From Psilocybe cubensis (taxonomy: Eukaryota), in NCBI GenBank assembly GCA_017499595.2, contig CM039009.1:1178001-1242000 (forward strand): 64,000 nt of DNA. The letters are read 5' to 3'. Made by a program: the position numbers and the translations under genes. The notes beneath the pieces were generated by a model that saw only the letters and a list, made by a program, of their open reading frames with translations, was not told the DNA's origin and made no database searches. Positions 1 through 12,738 of the stretch are shown one piece after another. The first letter of the stretch is position 1, and each line of letters opens with the position of its first letter.

Positions 1-761
1 GTGGATTGACCCTTTGCCAGCAAAGCACTGTGCCGTCAGGATAACCTATGTGCGAACTACGGAGAGGTATTTTTAAGATTGCCAAAGAGATGTACCGCTG
101 TTCTGGACTTTTTAAATGTCAATGGATTCTCCGCAAAAGAGTGCACCAAGGCGACAGTTGAGGTATTCAAAGTCTCGATACGTAACTCCCGAGCAGCGAC
201 AGTACCGTGTTCAACCATACCAACTAACTTGTCTGCATGTCATAAAATTTATTAAATTGGATAATCATTGTGCAGATTTTACTCACTATTTGCTCATACA
301 TAATGCTTGATACAACATTGAACATGCTGCATAATCAATTTATTGTCAAGGACATCACAATGATCACATATTAAAATTGAATAGGCAAGTCAATCAGATT
401 TTCAGAATGAAAGAAGAGAATGCGTGAACCCACCGAACTTTTCAGAGGAATTTAATTTTGCTCCACCGTTTGAGCCTAAAGTCGGTTAGGTCGCGCAGAA
501 GCACTAGTAAAAATGGAAATAAGAGAATAACAGCGCCGAGGTGAGAACGCCCGACTAGCGAACGTGGAGCAGTCAGTACAGTTCTTTGACTAAAATCTAA
601 ACCATCTAAACAGAAGGAAGTCTAAAAACACGTTCTCGGTTCCCGTAATTTTTGTTGTGTATACGAATAACATTTTCACTGACCTTGACCCAACCTTGAC
701 CTGACCTCGACTGAAGAAATTGAAAGCGTCGATAAAGATTAAAATCATACAATAGTCAAAT

Positions 762-2522
762 TCACAAATTATTCAACAATGTGGAGATAGCCTGTCTTGC
801 AATGCGCTCCGAAGTGAAGTTCCGGCGATAGACTGGATCCATAGTTCGAAATCGCCCATCGTGAACCTCAATCGAAGACAAATTCCAATGGACAAGAGAG
901 TTATCAGGCTCAGGATGTGTTAACTTTTCCAGAGAGTTGGGTTAGGCTTCTCAGATTTCAGTGGATATAAGCTCACATCATCATGGCGCTTCTCGTAAAT
1001 TAGAACGAGAGAACGCAGATCAGGAAGTCCCTTCGCCAAAACCACCAATAGCGCAATATCCAACATGGTGACAGCAATTTCAAGGTACTGAATTTCGAGT
1101 GACCGATGGCTGAACAGCGCTATAACCTGAGCTATTTCATTTGTAGTGAGGTACCGACCTTTCAGACAAAGCCGTATCAATGTGTCACATGAACGCTGGA
1201 TGATAGGTAGAGTGTTGCTCAACGAAATGAAGGGGATTTCGAGAGACCTGAGGGATGAAAGACACCTGGGATGAGCCAGTAGCAGATTATTCATGCGAAC
1301 CCAAGGTTTATTATCACTCTGGGGATTGATGTTGTTTGTATCTGTCCTTGCGTAGCGATCAACACTTTGAACAGACTGGGACTTGACAGGGTCTAGATGG
1401 TTATGCTCCCAATTGGCAGATAGAATGACTTGTCGAAGGCTGACCGCACAAGACTCCAGGATTTGGCAGAGGCCACTTGCATCCGAGAGAAAATCTTTGT
1501 GAAAAGAGATGTTAACTCCAAAGCCTCGAAGAGAGGGGAAGTAGGAGGGAAGAGCATGAAAAAATTCCGACAAATTGGTGGCAGACGATGACGACACACG
1601 TAAAGACTGGAGACGGTCTCGACGCTTTGCAATAAATGGGACTACAGTCTCCAATAATATTTTCACGTAGGGGTCCGGAGTTTCGGACACAGTACCCCCT
1701 GGACGATAGTCAAAGTGGAAGTCCAACTCCTCGATGTTATTAAAATTGGTATTTGCAAGAAGATCTTTGAATTTGGAGATCGGCGCTCGTAAAACGAGCT
1801 TGCGTAGACTGTTATCGAACGATGTTCTTGCTGATGTCAAAAATATCAACGTGTTCTTGTTCATAGGGAGATCCCGCCATTCGAAATTGAATTCCATAAC
1901 ATTTGACATTCCTGCCACGGCGTTGACCATGGGATTGATAGTTGATTCGAACGAAAGAGCGCCGTCCTTGGATCGTTCATGCCTGTGCTGAAGAACCCAC
2001 TGTGGATCATATCCTCTGTTGGTCTTTAAACTGGTGTTTATTCCGAGTTTTGAAGCAACGGATAGGATCGCGTCCTTCAGGACGGTATTTGTTTCCTGAA
2101 AAGACGAAGGAGGATCATACAAGATGTCACGCTTCAGGAGATACTGGATAAACCAGGCTCGTATGTGCAAGACACGCACTCGACAAGCGATTAGATGAGA
2201 TCTATGGTCAATGCAGGAGGGTGTTACACTGATGGATTTCCTGAGGATAAAGTGCAACTCACTGTAATCTTTCAAGCTGTCTCGAAAAGCGCTGATCAAG
2301 GGCGAACCACTGTACCTTACTATATAACTGGTCGAGGGCAAGGTCGTAGAACGTGCGGTTCACCCCCATGTATCTAACAGCATGGTACCCTGAGTCCGAC
2401 AGTATACCGGCAATGATACGCCAAACATCGTCAGGAATGTCGTTGCCTGTGATGATTGGCGTAGAACCTGTTTGCAGACAACTAGAGCCCGCAGGTGGCA
2501 TGGCCAAGGCTTCCGAAAACAT
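762..2522 (-). CDS. F-box-like protein (agaric-type, LRR-like C-terminus), 3 exons
   Basis: Exon 1 (ORF 2259-2522) has the F-box-like segment DIPDDVWRIIAGIL...VNRTFYDLAL. An intron (GTGAGT...CATAG, about 2204-2262) joins it to ORF 920-2341, which has LxxLxL repeats. A final intron (GTGAGC...AAAAG) leads to a terminal exon ending TGA at 762. Confidence 0.65.
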
Positions 2523-2939
2523 CTAGCACGGACGTTGGTAGTACTGCGACTGCGGAGGGATGGACATTATATAACCAATGAGCTGTAGGAGAGACTGTTG
2601 GCAAATAAAGAGGTTGACATGATTGATAAAGATTGAAGATGGTGACAGTCGGCGTAAGGTTCGGTAAAAGCTGTGCCGGCCAGGTCATACTTAGCACGAA
2701 CTTGTTGTCAAGACTCGAGATGCCCTTCAGCGATTTGATATAGAAATTTATCAAGGATTATCCGACTCTTATGAAGAACTATTCACGCGATAGACAAAAC
2801 ACAAATTACAAGACACTTAGGACAAGCTTATCTTCTCATCCCAAGTAATTTAAAAACAAGAAATCAGGCCCAGGACCATACTAAGAAATTGGCTGTCATT
2901 CGAACAATAAATAATCATACACATACGGTCGTCATGAAA

Positions 2940-3772
2940 TTACTGGATTTTCATTACAGAATCGATACGAGCTGCTTGGATTTTTTTCCTTAGATTGACC
3001 CAGGTTGGGAAGCCGCCAAAGAAAGTTGATACAACATACATGGCCTGTATCGACAAGCTTTTTTATCAGCAACCGATTGACATTGGACGTAGCATGTCAA
3101 CGCACCCCGAGTGCAAATCCAGTGGAATGTCTTCGGCACAGGCTGTACATGTAGATCGATTCTAAGCTGTGAAGGCCTGAAATAGTCCAAAGTAACCATT
3201 TAACCACAGTGGTTCCGGTGTACGCAGTTATGAAATCTGCAGTTTGGCCGAAGATGGATGGATGACCAGGGAGATTGTAGATAAATAGCCCAAAGAAATA
3301 CAACACTGTCATTACCCAGGCGTCCCTGGGGAATTCAAAGGTTGTGATATGCGGAGCTTTGATCTAAGCGCGAATGGTTTGTCAAGAATTGTGTGATAGG
3401 TAACGTAGAGACACACCATTCCTAGTCCCTCCTGAGCAAACGCTTTCATTTCGAGCAGACGAGGCTTCACATCTTCATAGCCAGAAAGTGGGGGCTCTAT
3501 AGGGACCCTGACCTCCTTCTTCGAGCCTCCTTTCATCGTGCAGGTCAACGTCATGCTCTATGTAATGAACCATCGTTAGGGGGAGTCAGGACGAATCCGA
3601 GTTCCAAAGTGTCAGGGACACGTACATTGCAGTCGATCGCCGTCATTTCCGCGCTGGTGATGACCTCTTTGACCTTCCCAAACCACTTCGCATATGCAAC
3701 CAGCGTGTCAGGATGATTCGACATATACATGCGAAGGAATCCGGATTTTTCTGCGACGGGATCTGGTGCCAT
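2940..3772 (-). CDS. DUF2470-domain protein with C-terminal membrane segments, 4 exons
   Basis: N-terminus MAPDPVAEKSGFLRMYMSNHPDTLVAYAK...AEMTAID...VRVPIEPPLSGYEDVKPRLLEM fits DUF2470. The C-terminal exons are hydrophobic. Three GT-AG introns keep frame, and the gene ends RIDSVMKIQ*. Confidence 0.75.
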
Positions 3773-4312
3773 GTTGATTATGTTTCTGAAGACTGCAACT
3801 TGGAAGGAAGGGTTGGATGTAGAGTCAAGAGAAAAACCCGCGCCAACTGATAACCTATTCTTCAGCTATTCGAGAAGCTATGAGAAATAGAGAACGTGGA
3901 GGACGACAAGTGGAAGGTCGACGGAAGCCTGACGGGCCTGGGTAAAGTTACATCGGTAATCGAACATGGTTATTTGCAAGCGGTATCACCGACTCGGTTT
4001 CGCAGGCGCCAAGTAGCCGCCTACTATCTCAAACCCATGCCGGCCGTTGCTTCAATCTCAAGGTGTATTTTACAGACGTATAGGACACGAATCGAATTCT
4101 TTCTTGAGTCTTTCAAACTGTGTGTGCTCTGGCTATTGAGTAGACGTTCACTGTCGGCTTCACCAGGTTACAAGTGTTCTTTCTTCTTCAAAACGATATA
4201 GAATCAAATCCAATCCGAAAAGGAAAAGTACATGCATATGCACTCAAAAACCCTAAGATGTCCGATTAGCCACGGAGGGCCAATAAAAATGGGATCGATG
4301 CCTTCCGACCTA

Positions 4313-5549
4313 TTACTTATCAACGGCATGTACCCTGTCCCAAAACCGTTGGACGATGGGTTCCATACCGCCCTCATCTACTGCAAATCCTAGGCTAAGA
4401 GCGTAAGAATTATCAAAAGCTGAAGGCCATGAGGATACTAGACGCCGGTTGACAGGGTCATCTTTGAATTTGACAAGGTTCAAAGCATCTTGACCAGCGA
4501 CCTTGAAGAGAGCTTCCAGCTCGTCTCTAACAGTGGCTGTAAATCCTGGAAGACAGATTACGCGCGTGTGCGGGAGAAACTTCTCGGCAGGAATGTGCTT
4601 TGCCGTTACGATGTTTTTAATGGTCGTCTCTGGGGAAGCGAGCCATGACTTCAATGAAAGTTCGGGAGAGTTGATAGAGTCGCCGATGGGACAAACTGTC
4701 TCTACACCGTGAAGAGGTTCGCGAATGATAGCTTTACGAACAAATGTACAAATATATGTCAGGAGAAGGAAACCAATAGTTAAACGCATTTTACTGACCA
4801 GAGATGAAAGAAGAACTCGCAAGTGATGGAGCACCAGGGCGGACCAGGATCGTAGGCAGACGTACTATACGCCCGTCCACCCACCCACGGCGAGAATATT
4901 CATTTATAAACAGCTCAGAGGTGAGCTTACCAAAGCCATACGAACCTTGAGGTGTGGCGATAGTCGAAGTCGTCACTACATCAGGCTGTAGTCGACCATG
5001 AAAAATATGGAAAAGAAAGTTGTCGTCAATCAGCTCACCAGAGGTCCACCATATACTGCCAGCGAAGATGTAAATATAAATTTGACAGATGCTTCACAGT
5101 AAGAACGCGTAGCCTCAAGCAATAGACGAACGGAATCGACATTGATCTGGAATTTTCGTACAAAACGTTAAGGCAAAACGTCGTGAAGATGAGCGATATA
5201 CTGACTTTGACGCCTAGGTCAAAATTATCTTCGGCTCCTCGAGACATGATTCCATGTAAACAGTAGACGGTATCAGGAATACCAAACTCAGTGGAAAATA
5301 GGGTTTCCAACTGAGCTTTGTCGGTGAGATCCGCCTTGATGCAAATCGACTTTGATAATGGAGGGGCATTTGGCTCGACAATGTCAGCCAGAATCAAACG
5401 GAGGTCAGGAGTTCTTGGATCGTTGATGAGTTCAGCAGCCAGCTAGTCCATCCACCACAAATCAATAGCAAAACATGACAAAAGAGTTAGAGACTTACCA
5501 GTCCCCCAAGCCACCCTGCTGCGCCAGTTATTAAAACAGTGCTGGACAT
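4313..5549 (-). CDS. NAD-dependent epimerase/dehydratase (extended SDR), D-erythronate dehydrogenase DenD-like
   Basis: Rossmann start VLITGAAGWLG, then FIFTSSLAVYG, the YxxxK motif SYGFGK, and ELFINEYSRRGWVDGRIVRLPTILVRPGAPSLASSSFISAIIREPL, which is typical of the DenD subfamily. Four GT-AG introns. Confidence 0.85.
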
Positions 5550-6092
5550 TACAGGCTTGGGACGTTCAAACGCGTAGAATCAAGAGGAATATTCAGACTC
5601 TCGCACATTAGTATCTTTCACGGAAATCCGGCGCACTATAAAAAGCCCTTTTTGTCCCCATGACGCTTCAACATTCACCGTACAGGGGAAAAAAGCGAGG
5701 AATTCCACAGTACGATGATTCGACGTTGATATTACATCAGACACACCCGCATATATATAGTATGCAGCTCGAATGTCAATTGAAAGTAAACGCAAAGTTT
5801 GAACGTGAAAGTTTTAAGCATGTCCGAACCAACCAGGGTCTGGAATGGGCAGACAAAAAGACGGCCATCAAGCCGAAGTTCAATCGGAGATTTGTATTTG
5901 CCTAAGCGGAAATTGAAATATTTCTCAGACACTCACTCCGCTCGCATAGATATAGAGGTTGATCAGTTTCACGCCTTGGACTTCATTGTTACGCCATTGG
6001 AGGTTTCAGCTTAAATTTTTTTGGGCTCATTCTCGGGAAGTAAAAACGCAGGCACATAAATTTGGTTCTTACTGAGCTTTGCTATTCTTCGC

Positions 6093-7308
6093 TTATGCTT
6101 TGCCCTTCGACCCGAACACATCGAAAAATCTGAGGCACTCCTTGACAAGAACATCGGACGCGATGTCCACAGCTTCAGGAAACGACTTCGATAGAAGAGC
6201 TTCCCCTAGCACCCTTGCGTATGGATCACGTCCCCAGCTGTTTATATTTATCTACCAGTAGAAGTAAGTTTTAATCTCACGAGAATGGGCAACGTCACTA
6301 TAACCTTGCTGACACCGTTTTTGATGCATTCGGCGAAAAGCGTATCTGGAAGAGTATCTGTCCCATGCAAACAAATGGGGACCTTTCCTCTAAATTCTTT
6401 ATAAAGGTCCTGCAGTCTGAGATGAGATCCATCAACGATGTGGTTAGCGCGTCAACGTGTCCAGAGCTTACATATGCTGACGGAAATCCGGTGGTCTAAG
6501 GTAAGCACCGTGAAGGTTCCCGATACTGGGCGCTAAAATGTCAGCGCCAGTCCTAAACAAGTAATAAATTTCAGATTGTTTGTTTGTTTGAGAAAATTAT
6601 AACTTTCCCTTCCATAAAGGCCTTAGCCTTTGCTGGGTCGGTGAGCTTAGCGTCTGAAATCATGCGAAGACCAGCTTCACCGCCTTCAAGACGTCCCATT
6701 TCGACCTCAACTGCGATGCCTAGCTTATGCGCCCGATCAACGTATGGCTTGGCGATGGAAATGTTTTCTTCGTCATTCTAGGACGAACGGGATTTGCTTT
6801 GTTTGGAAAAAAGTGTGATAAAGAGTATTTTTACCTCTGCATGACTGGCATCAACCATTATACTATCGAAGATAATACCTTGCTCTGCAAGTGATAAAGC
6901 AAGTTCCAGGTGTTCTGGATCGGTGGCATGATCCAGGTGCACAGCAATTGGTACAGATGCCTGATGTGCACTTCAGAAACACAGAACAAGGAAGTAAGCT
7001 ATTCCATTCAAATGTGGCCCAGATAGTAAGTTGGACATACAGGTCGAGGCACAATCTCAAGAAAGGACCTTTTCCGTATTGCAAAGTTACAGGAAAGAGC
7101 AGAATTATCGCAGGGCTCTGGGCTTGCTCGGCTGCGCGGACGAGACTGATTGCCATCTGGGAGTCATAGCTGGCGATAGTCGGATGTCAACGATAAGTGT
7201 CAGGCAAATGCTGTTTAGCATAGATTACCAAGCCTGAGCAAGCACACCATATCCTTCATTCTCCGCGGTTGAAAGTATCCGAAGAGTACGATTGTCAGCA
7301 AGTAACAT
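6093..7308 (-). CDS. Class II (Zn-dependent) ketose-bisphosphate aldolase (FBA/tagatose-bisphosphate aldolase family)
   Basis: Spliced product contains VPIAVHLDH, DSIMVDAS, VEVEMGRLEG, TGADILAPSIGNLHG, LHG and SKININS. Six introns, one apparently GA-AG. It is not the glycolytic FBA1 type. Confidence 0.9.
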
Positions 7309-7813
7309 TGTGTATGTATTGAAATGGTTAATGTTAAGCTTTGAGAGGCGAAGCAGCGGGCTTCCTGGGAATGAATGAAGTTGTCGCCTGATTGGTGTGT
7401 AAGAGCTCACAAGGCACTGGTCATGAGATTTGCAGTAGCCAACGAACGGTGGCTGACTAGTGATCACCATTGATAGCTATAGCATCCGGTACATCCTTTC
7501 AGAGCGCTTGGACGCGACCTAGTTATAAATAATTCGACAGTTCCGACATTGTCGTTCCCCTGTTGGGGAGTAAATCATATCATCTGATGCAAACATTACC
7601 CTGGAAGATACCATACTTCATTGAAAAAAATTTAAGAGACCTTGAGTGCTATCAAACCCCAAAATTAAGCATTATGTCAAAAGCATATGAGATATAGAAA
7701 TAAAGTCTAAACTGCACAGCCAAAATCGAAGTTGCTGTAGGTCGAACATTATGTTCTAATTAAAAACAATTAACGAATAGACTTTCCAAGGGATTTCAAA
7801 TGGCGTACCAGAA

Positions 7814-9073
7814 TTAGGTTGCTGGTGTCGAACAGAGTACAGCAGGATCCTGGTCCTTTGACATCATATTATTGACGTTTTTGACTGCATCGTTATAAAC
7901 GAGGAAGCTAATAATATCCTCGTCCTGAATAGATATGCCCGTAATTTTGATGGTTCGTAAAGGACACTCCGACCGGTCTAGTAGCTGTTCGACTGTATTC
8001 AAGGGATTAGAATGCGCTGGAGGGACAGACAAATCTAAAAGAGAGAGATTAGACAATGTCAAGGGGCCTATAAATGGAGCAAGGGTGGCGAATATGTTCA
8101 GATATATGCGCAGTTGTTTAAGCCCGGTGTGGAGAACCCCGTCCAAGGGGAATTCGCCCTCGATACTGTTAAGGTCGTCGAACCTGCAGGATACTAGATT
8201 TGGGCACCGTCGTATGAGTTCAATTGCCTCATCCGTGGAGGCTGTACCTAAGGTGGCTTCCGTGAGTTGTTCCCAAGGAAAGAGAAGGTCGTGCATATAA
8301 TAATGCGATGAACTTATGCGCCTCAGTGAAGGTGCGTTGGCGAATGCATTCAGTGATTTAAGTATGAATATGTAGCCAGGTGGTCGTATTGTCACCGATG
8401 CCAAATTCTCTAGCTTTTCGCGGACATTCTGAAGCTTGTTATACCAAGTTTCAGGAAGGATAAGGTCGAGAGAACGCCAATTATGGCAATGAAGGAGAAG
8501 CACATCAATTATATGCGTGCTCGTTATCCCGGACACGTTCCACGAGTCTTCGTCCTCAAGGGTTATACGGATATCGAGGGGTCGACCACCCGAGCGATCT
8601 ATCCATTCACGTAACAGGGTTGCTTGCGCCGAGTACCGTGTCTTAGAAACACGGCAATGGAACGATGACCACAGCTCAGCCAAGCCCCAAGCAATGTTCC
8701 GCCATTCCGAGCATACCTTTCCAAGTAACAAGGGAACAGTGGTTGGCTGAAAGCATTTGTGATCCTTGTGGATGTCTGTCGACAGCGTAAACCGAAAAAT
8801 TTCTGACAGAAGCTCAACGGGTAGGCGTGCCACGGGGGCATATCGATTCCGACTTCGACAGGCCAAAGCGCGTCGTTTCCGAAGCTCGTCGATGAGGAAT
8901 TGCAAACTGTCAATATGCGTGTCCATGTGAGCAGTGTCATTGTGTTGTAGGAGATTCCGTTCTTCCAAGTCATATCTTTTAAGAAGTTGTTGGCGGTCCA
9001 CACTGGCACACAACACCTGTTCCAGCGAATACTCAGTGATGGAACCGCAATTTGCACACGAAGCCATCGCCAT
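7814..9073 (-). CDS. F-box domain protein (agaric-expanded F-box/LRR-like family)
   Basis: 419-aa ORF with a coiled coil followed by APVARLPVELLSEIF...PLLLGKVCSEWRNIAWGLAELWSS, then LRR-like repeats and LLDRSECPLRTIKI. Confidence 0.85.
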   Translation of the reverse strand: MAMASCANCGSITEYSLEQVLCASVDRQQLLKRYDLEERNLLQHNDTAHMDTHIDSLQFLIDELRKRRALACRSRNRYAPVARLPVELLSEIFRFTLSTDIHKDHKCFQPTTVPLLLGKVCSEWRNIAWGLAELWSSFHCRVSKTRYSAQATLLREWIDRSGGRPLDIRITLEDEDSWNVSGITSTHIIDVLLLHCHNWRSLDLILPETWYNKLQNVREKLENLASVTIRPPGYIFILKSLNAFANAPSLRRISSSHYYMHDLLFPWEQLTEATLGTASTDEAIELIRRCPNLVSCRFDDLNSIEGEFPLDGVLHTGLKQLRIYLNIFATLAPFIGPLTLSNLSLLDLSVPPAHSNPLNTVEQLLDRSECPLRTIKITGISIQDEDIISFLVYNDAVKNVNNMMSKDQDPAVLCSTPAT

Positions 9074-9378
9074 CTAAAAAGCGTCAGACATCTACACAGA
9101 AAGCGTAGGGTATCTTTACCTCTAAACCTGTAAACGAATAAGTTAAGAAAACCGAGGTGGTGGCAGAACTAAACAAAGAGCAAGCTGTTAATTTCACAAA
9201 AGAGCATTTCGGCTAACGCTTCAAGCTCGGTGTTCTGAAAATAGAATTCTCACGCTACTTAACCGAGGATGACTAAGCATCATGCCAAGTAACATGGCCG
9301 AGGAAGGGCCATAAATAACTTTTTCTTCCTGCCATTACCGTGATTGGTGTTGTAGTCCATTATCTGGCGGGACTGGCA

Positions 9379-12183
9379 ATGCTGGGATCTAGACGAATAC
9401 CATGCACCCGACGCAATCTATCTCGTTTTTATACGCAACAATCTATCCCATACTATGACGGTGTGTTTTATGATTTGAATCTCTGACGCGTCCGACCAGC
9501 TAGAAACTTATGCCTTCTATTATTTCACTAGTGTGCGTAATTGGTGGTGGACATGCAGGGTGCGAGGCAGCAGCAGGTGCTGCACGCACCGGAGCTAGAA
9601 CCATTCTTTTGACCCAGAAACTCGAGACTGTCGGAGAGCTTTCATGCAATCCATCGATCGGCGGTGTCGGAAAGGGAACCCTGGTACGGGAGGTGGATGC
9701 ACTTGATGGGTTGATGGGTCGCGTTGCGGGTAAGTCATTCCGTGATAATGTACTGTACGAATGCTAGAGCATATTTGAAGATAAGGCCGGGATACAGTTC
9801 CAGATTCTCAACCGTTCCAAAGGTGCTGCTGTCTGGGTAATATGCTCTATAAGAAGCTATCCTCCAGTTGTTACTGAAGCGTCACATAGGGACCAAGAGC
9901 TCAAATTGATCGAAAATTATACAAGCGAAGCATGCAGAATCTCCTGTTCAATTATCCTGGTCTCGACGTTCGTGCAGGAAGTGTATTTGACCTGTTATTT
10001 GATCCTACCAACGCGGAGAATCCATGGGGAAAGATAACTGGTGTTCAGCTTGGTGAGTTGCATTTCATTTTTGTATCATTTTAAGCTTAATTTTGCTCCA
10101 GAAAATCAGGAAGTCATTCATTGCTCTCAGGTCGTTATTTGCACTGGAACATTTTTATCTGGAGAAATTCATATGGGTATGGCGCATTGTTTTTGCAGTC
10201 TGGTATATGTGCTAACCTTGCACAGGTATGAAACGGTTTCCAGCAGGAAGGCTAGGCGATGCCCCTTCTATCGGACTTTCAGCGTCGTTAAACTCTGCAG
10301 GATTTAAACTGGGTCGCTTACAAACAGGGACGCCTGCACGGTTGGACCGCAATACGATTGACTTTCGCGGGATGGAGCAGCAAGTAGGAGATGTCTCTCC
10401 AACTCCTTTCAGCTTCTTGAACGACGCCGTAGACAACGCGGTAAGCCAATCATTCGGCCAAACAATTTGAAAACAATGTAACAATTCTTGTAAAAGGCAA
10501 ACCAAATTGCATGTTATCAAACAAGAACAACCCCAGCAACACACCAAATTGTAAAGGATAATATACATCGCAGCGTTCACATCCAGGAAACTCGCAAAGG
10601 TTTAAACAAATGTTTATTTTCTTGTTCTGACATGCTAAGAGTTCATAACTTTTAGGACCACGCTATTGCCCGTCCTTGGAAGCAAAAATTCTTCGTTTTG
10701 GTCATAAAGCATCACACACCGTATGGCTTGAGCCAGAAGGTTATGATTCCGGTCAGTTTTGTCTTAACCTTGCTCGAGATATTCTTTTTGGGGCTGACCA
10801 AGTTTAAAAGATGTCATCTATCCCAACGGAATATCGTGTAGTCTTCCCGAGGAAATTCAAGAACCGATGATGAGGACTATACCAGGTCTTGAAAATGTGA
10901 AAATGGTCAAACCCGCCTATGGTGTCGAATATGACTACATCGACCCCAGGGAGCTAGGGCGTGCGTATATCGTGTTATACTTCCATTGTTCCTCAAGCTG
11001 AACACATCGCATCTTGTTTAGCTACTTTGGAAACCAATCGCGTCAAGGTGAGCTATATTGAGAGATCAAGGATGTTCCATCTAACACAATCTAGGGTCTA
11101 TTCCTCGCTGGTCAAATCAACGGAACAACTGGGTACGAAGAAGCCGCTGCTCAAGGTGCAGTTGCAGGAATCAACGCTGGTTTAGCCGCCCTGAATAAGC
11201 CTCCATTGGTGCTTACCCGCGCCGATAGCTTTACTGGTGTGATGATTGATGACCTCATTGTCAAAGGAGCAGAGGAGCCCTGTGTGTATTCATTTCACTT
11301 ATTGAATCCAAAGTAGGCACATCACTTATCATACGCCCTACAGACCGGATGTTCACATCGCGATCAGAGTATCGGATGAGTATCCGAAGTGATAACGCGG
11401 ACTTGCGTCTTACGGAAAAAGGTATGTATGAAGATCCTCTCTGATGCAATAAGATAACGAATGGTGACATTTCTTTTGCTCAGGACGTGAGGCTGGAGTT
11501 GTTTCCGATGAAAGGTGGAAAGTGTTTGAGAATGTCAAGGATACCATGGAGGAAACGAAGAGTCTTTTAAGGTCAATATCATTGAGTCCGCAAGCGTGGG
11601 CCAGCCATGGTATTACTGTACAATTTGACGGAATCAAGCGGAGGTGAGTCACTTCAACAAGGTAGCTGCAGAATTATGTCTGACTTGGGGGTCACATAGC
11701 GCCTTCCAAATGCTACGATACCCCAGAATCACCCCTTTCAGCCTTACAACAGCTATACCTAGTCTCCAAAACATACACCCTCGGATATTGACCCGGATTG
11801 GCATCGATGGTGTGTTTCGCGACCTTTTCCATTTTGAAATCATTTCACAATTGTGCACGTCTGATAGGATTGTACGATGCGCACTTAACTCGGCAGGAAG
11901 CTGATGTCAAAGCGTTTAGCGCTGACGAATCTTTGACTCTCGATCCCCAGATGGATTATTCCACTGTCGCAGGGTTGAGTTCTGAGATTATCGAGAAATT
12001 GTATAGAGTTAAACCGACGACGATAGTAAGTTCTTTCAAAATCGCGTGAGCCAATCATTTTGACGCGACATTCTACAGGGCGCTGCTAAACGGATGGAAG
12101 GAATGACTCCAACTTCGCTAATCTCACTCTTGAAGCATTCTAAACGGAAATGGGTCAATGGGCCTCAAAAGGCCTCGGTTTAA
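9379..12183 (+). CDS. MTO1: Mitochondrial tRNA U34 modification enzyme MTO1 (GidA/MnmG), multi-exon
   Basis: Arg-rich presequence [17 protein letters not shown], then [75 protein letters not shown] and [11 protein letters not shown]. Confidence 0.97.
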
Positions 12184-12738
12184 GAGACTCCGAGAAGGAT
12201 TTTTGTCCAGAAGGTCTCAGTCGACAGCTCTTCAAACTGTCTCTCCAGGCGCTATGTTATGTCTTGCTATGTCGCCATACAGTCTGCCGTCGAGGCATTC
12301 GCTTGGCAACTTGTCGCCAATCTCTTCCTTGTGATTGGTCAACGCGACCAATTGCTCCAGGTCAGGGGTAAATTAGAAGACGGCTTGTAGCCTTATACTC
12401 TATTCTACTCTTGTGCAGCCCTTTATTGACCGATACTAGAGTATAGAGATCTGAATCTATTTGTTTAAACATCTCGATTACCTGTGAGAGCTTCATGGGC
12501 GAAATGTAAACCCCTCGCGCCATTGCCCAATGCAAGAACGAATGGATGGCGTGCTGATCAACACATACACAATCATTCGACGCGCGTATTACTCCTCAAC
12601 CTCCGGCTGTCCAGTCTAACTGTCTATCTATCTAACATGCACAGGCATATAAGAGTCATAGCAGAGATCCTCTCGGAAAAGCGTAAACTTCCCAAAACTT
12701 CCTCCTTTCCAGGTTAACAATCTCAAAGACAACACAAC

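Noticed and set aside
680-711. Short TGACC-repeat run, with a similar run near 32157-32178
   Set aside because: Too short and degenerate to call a binding site or a transposon end.
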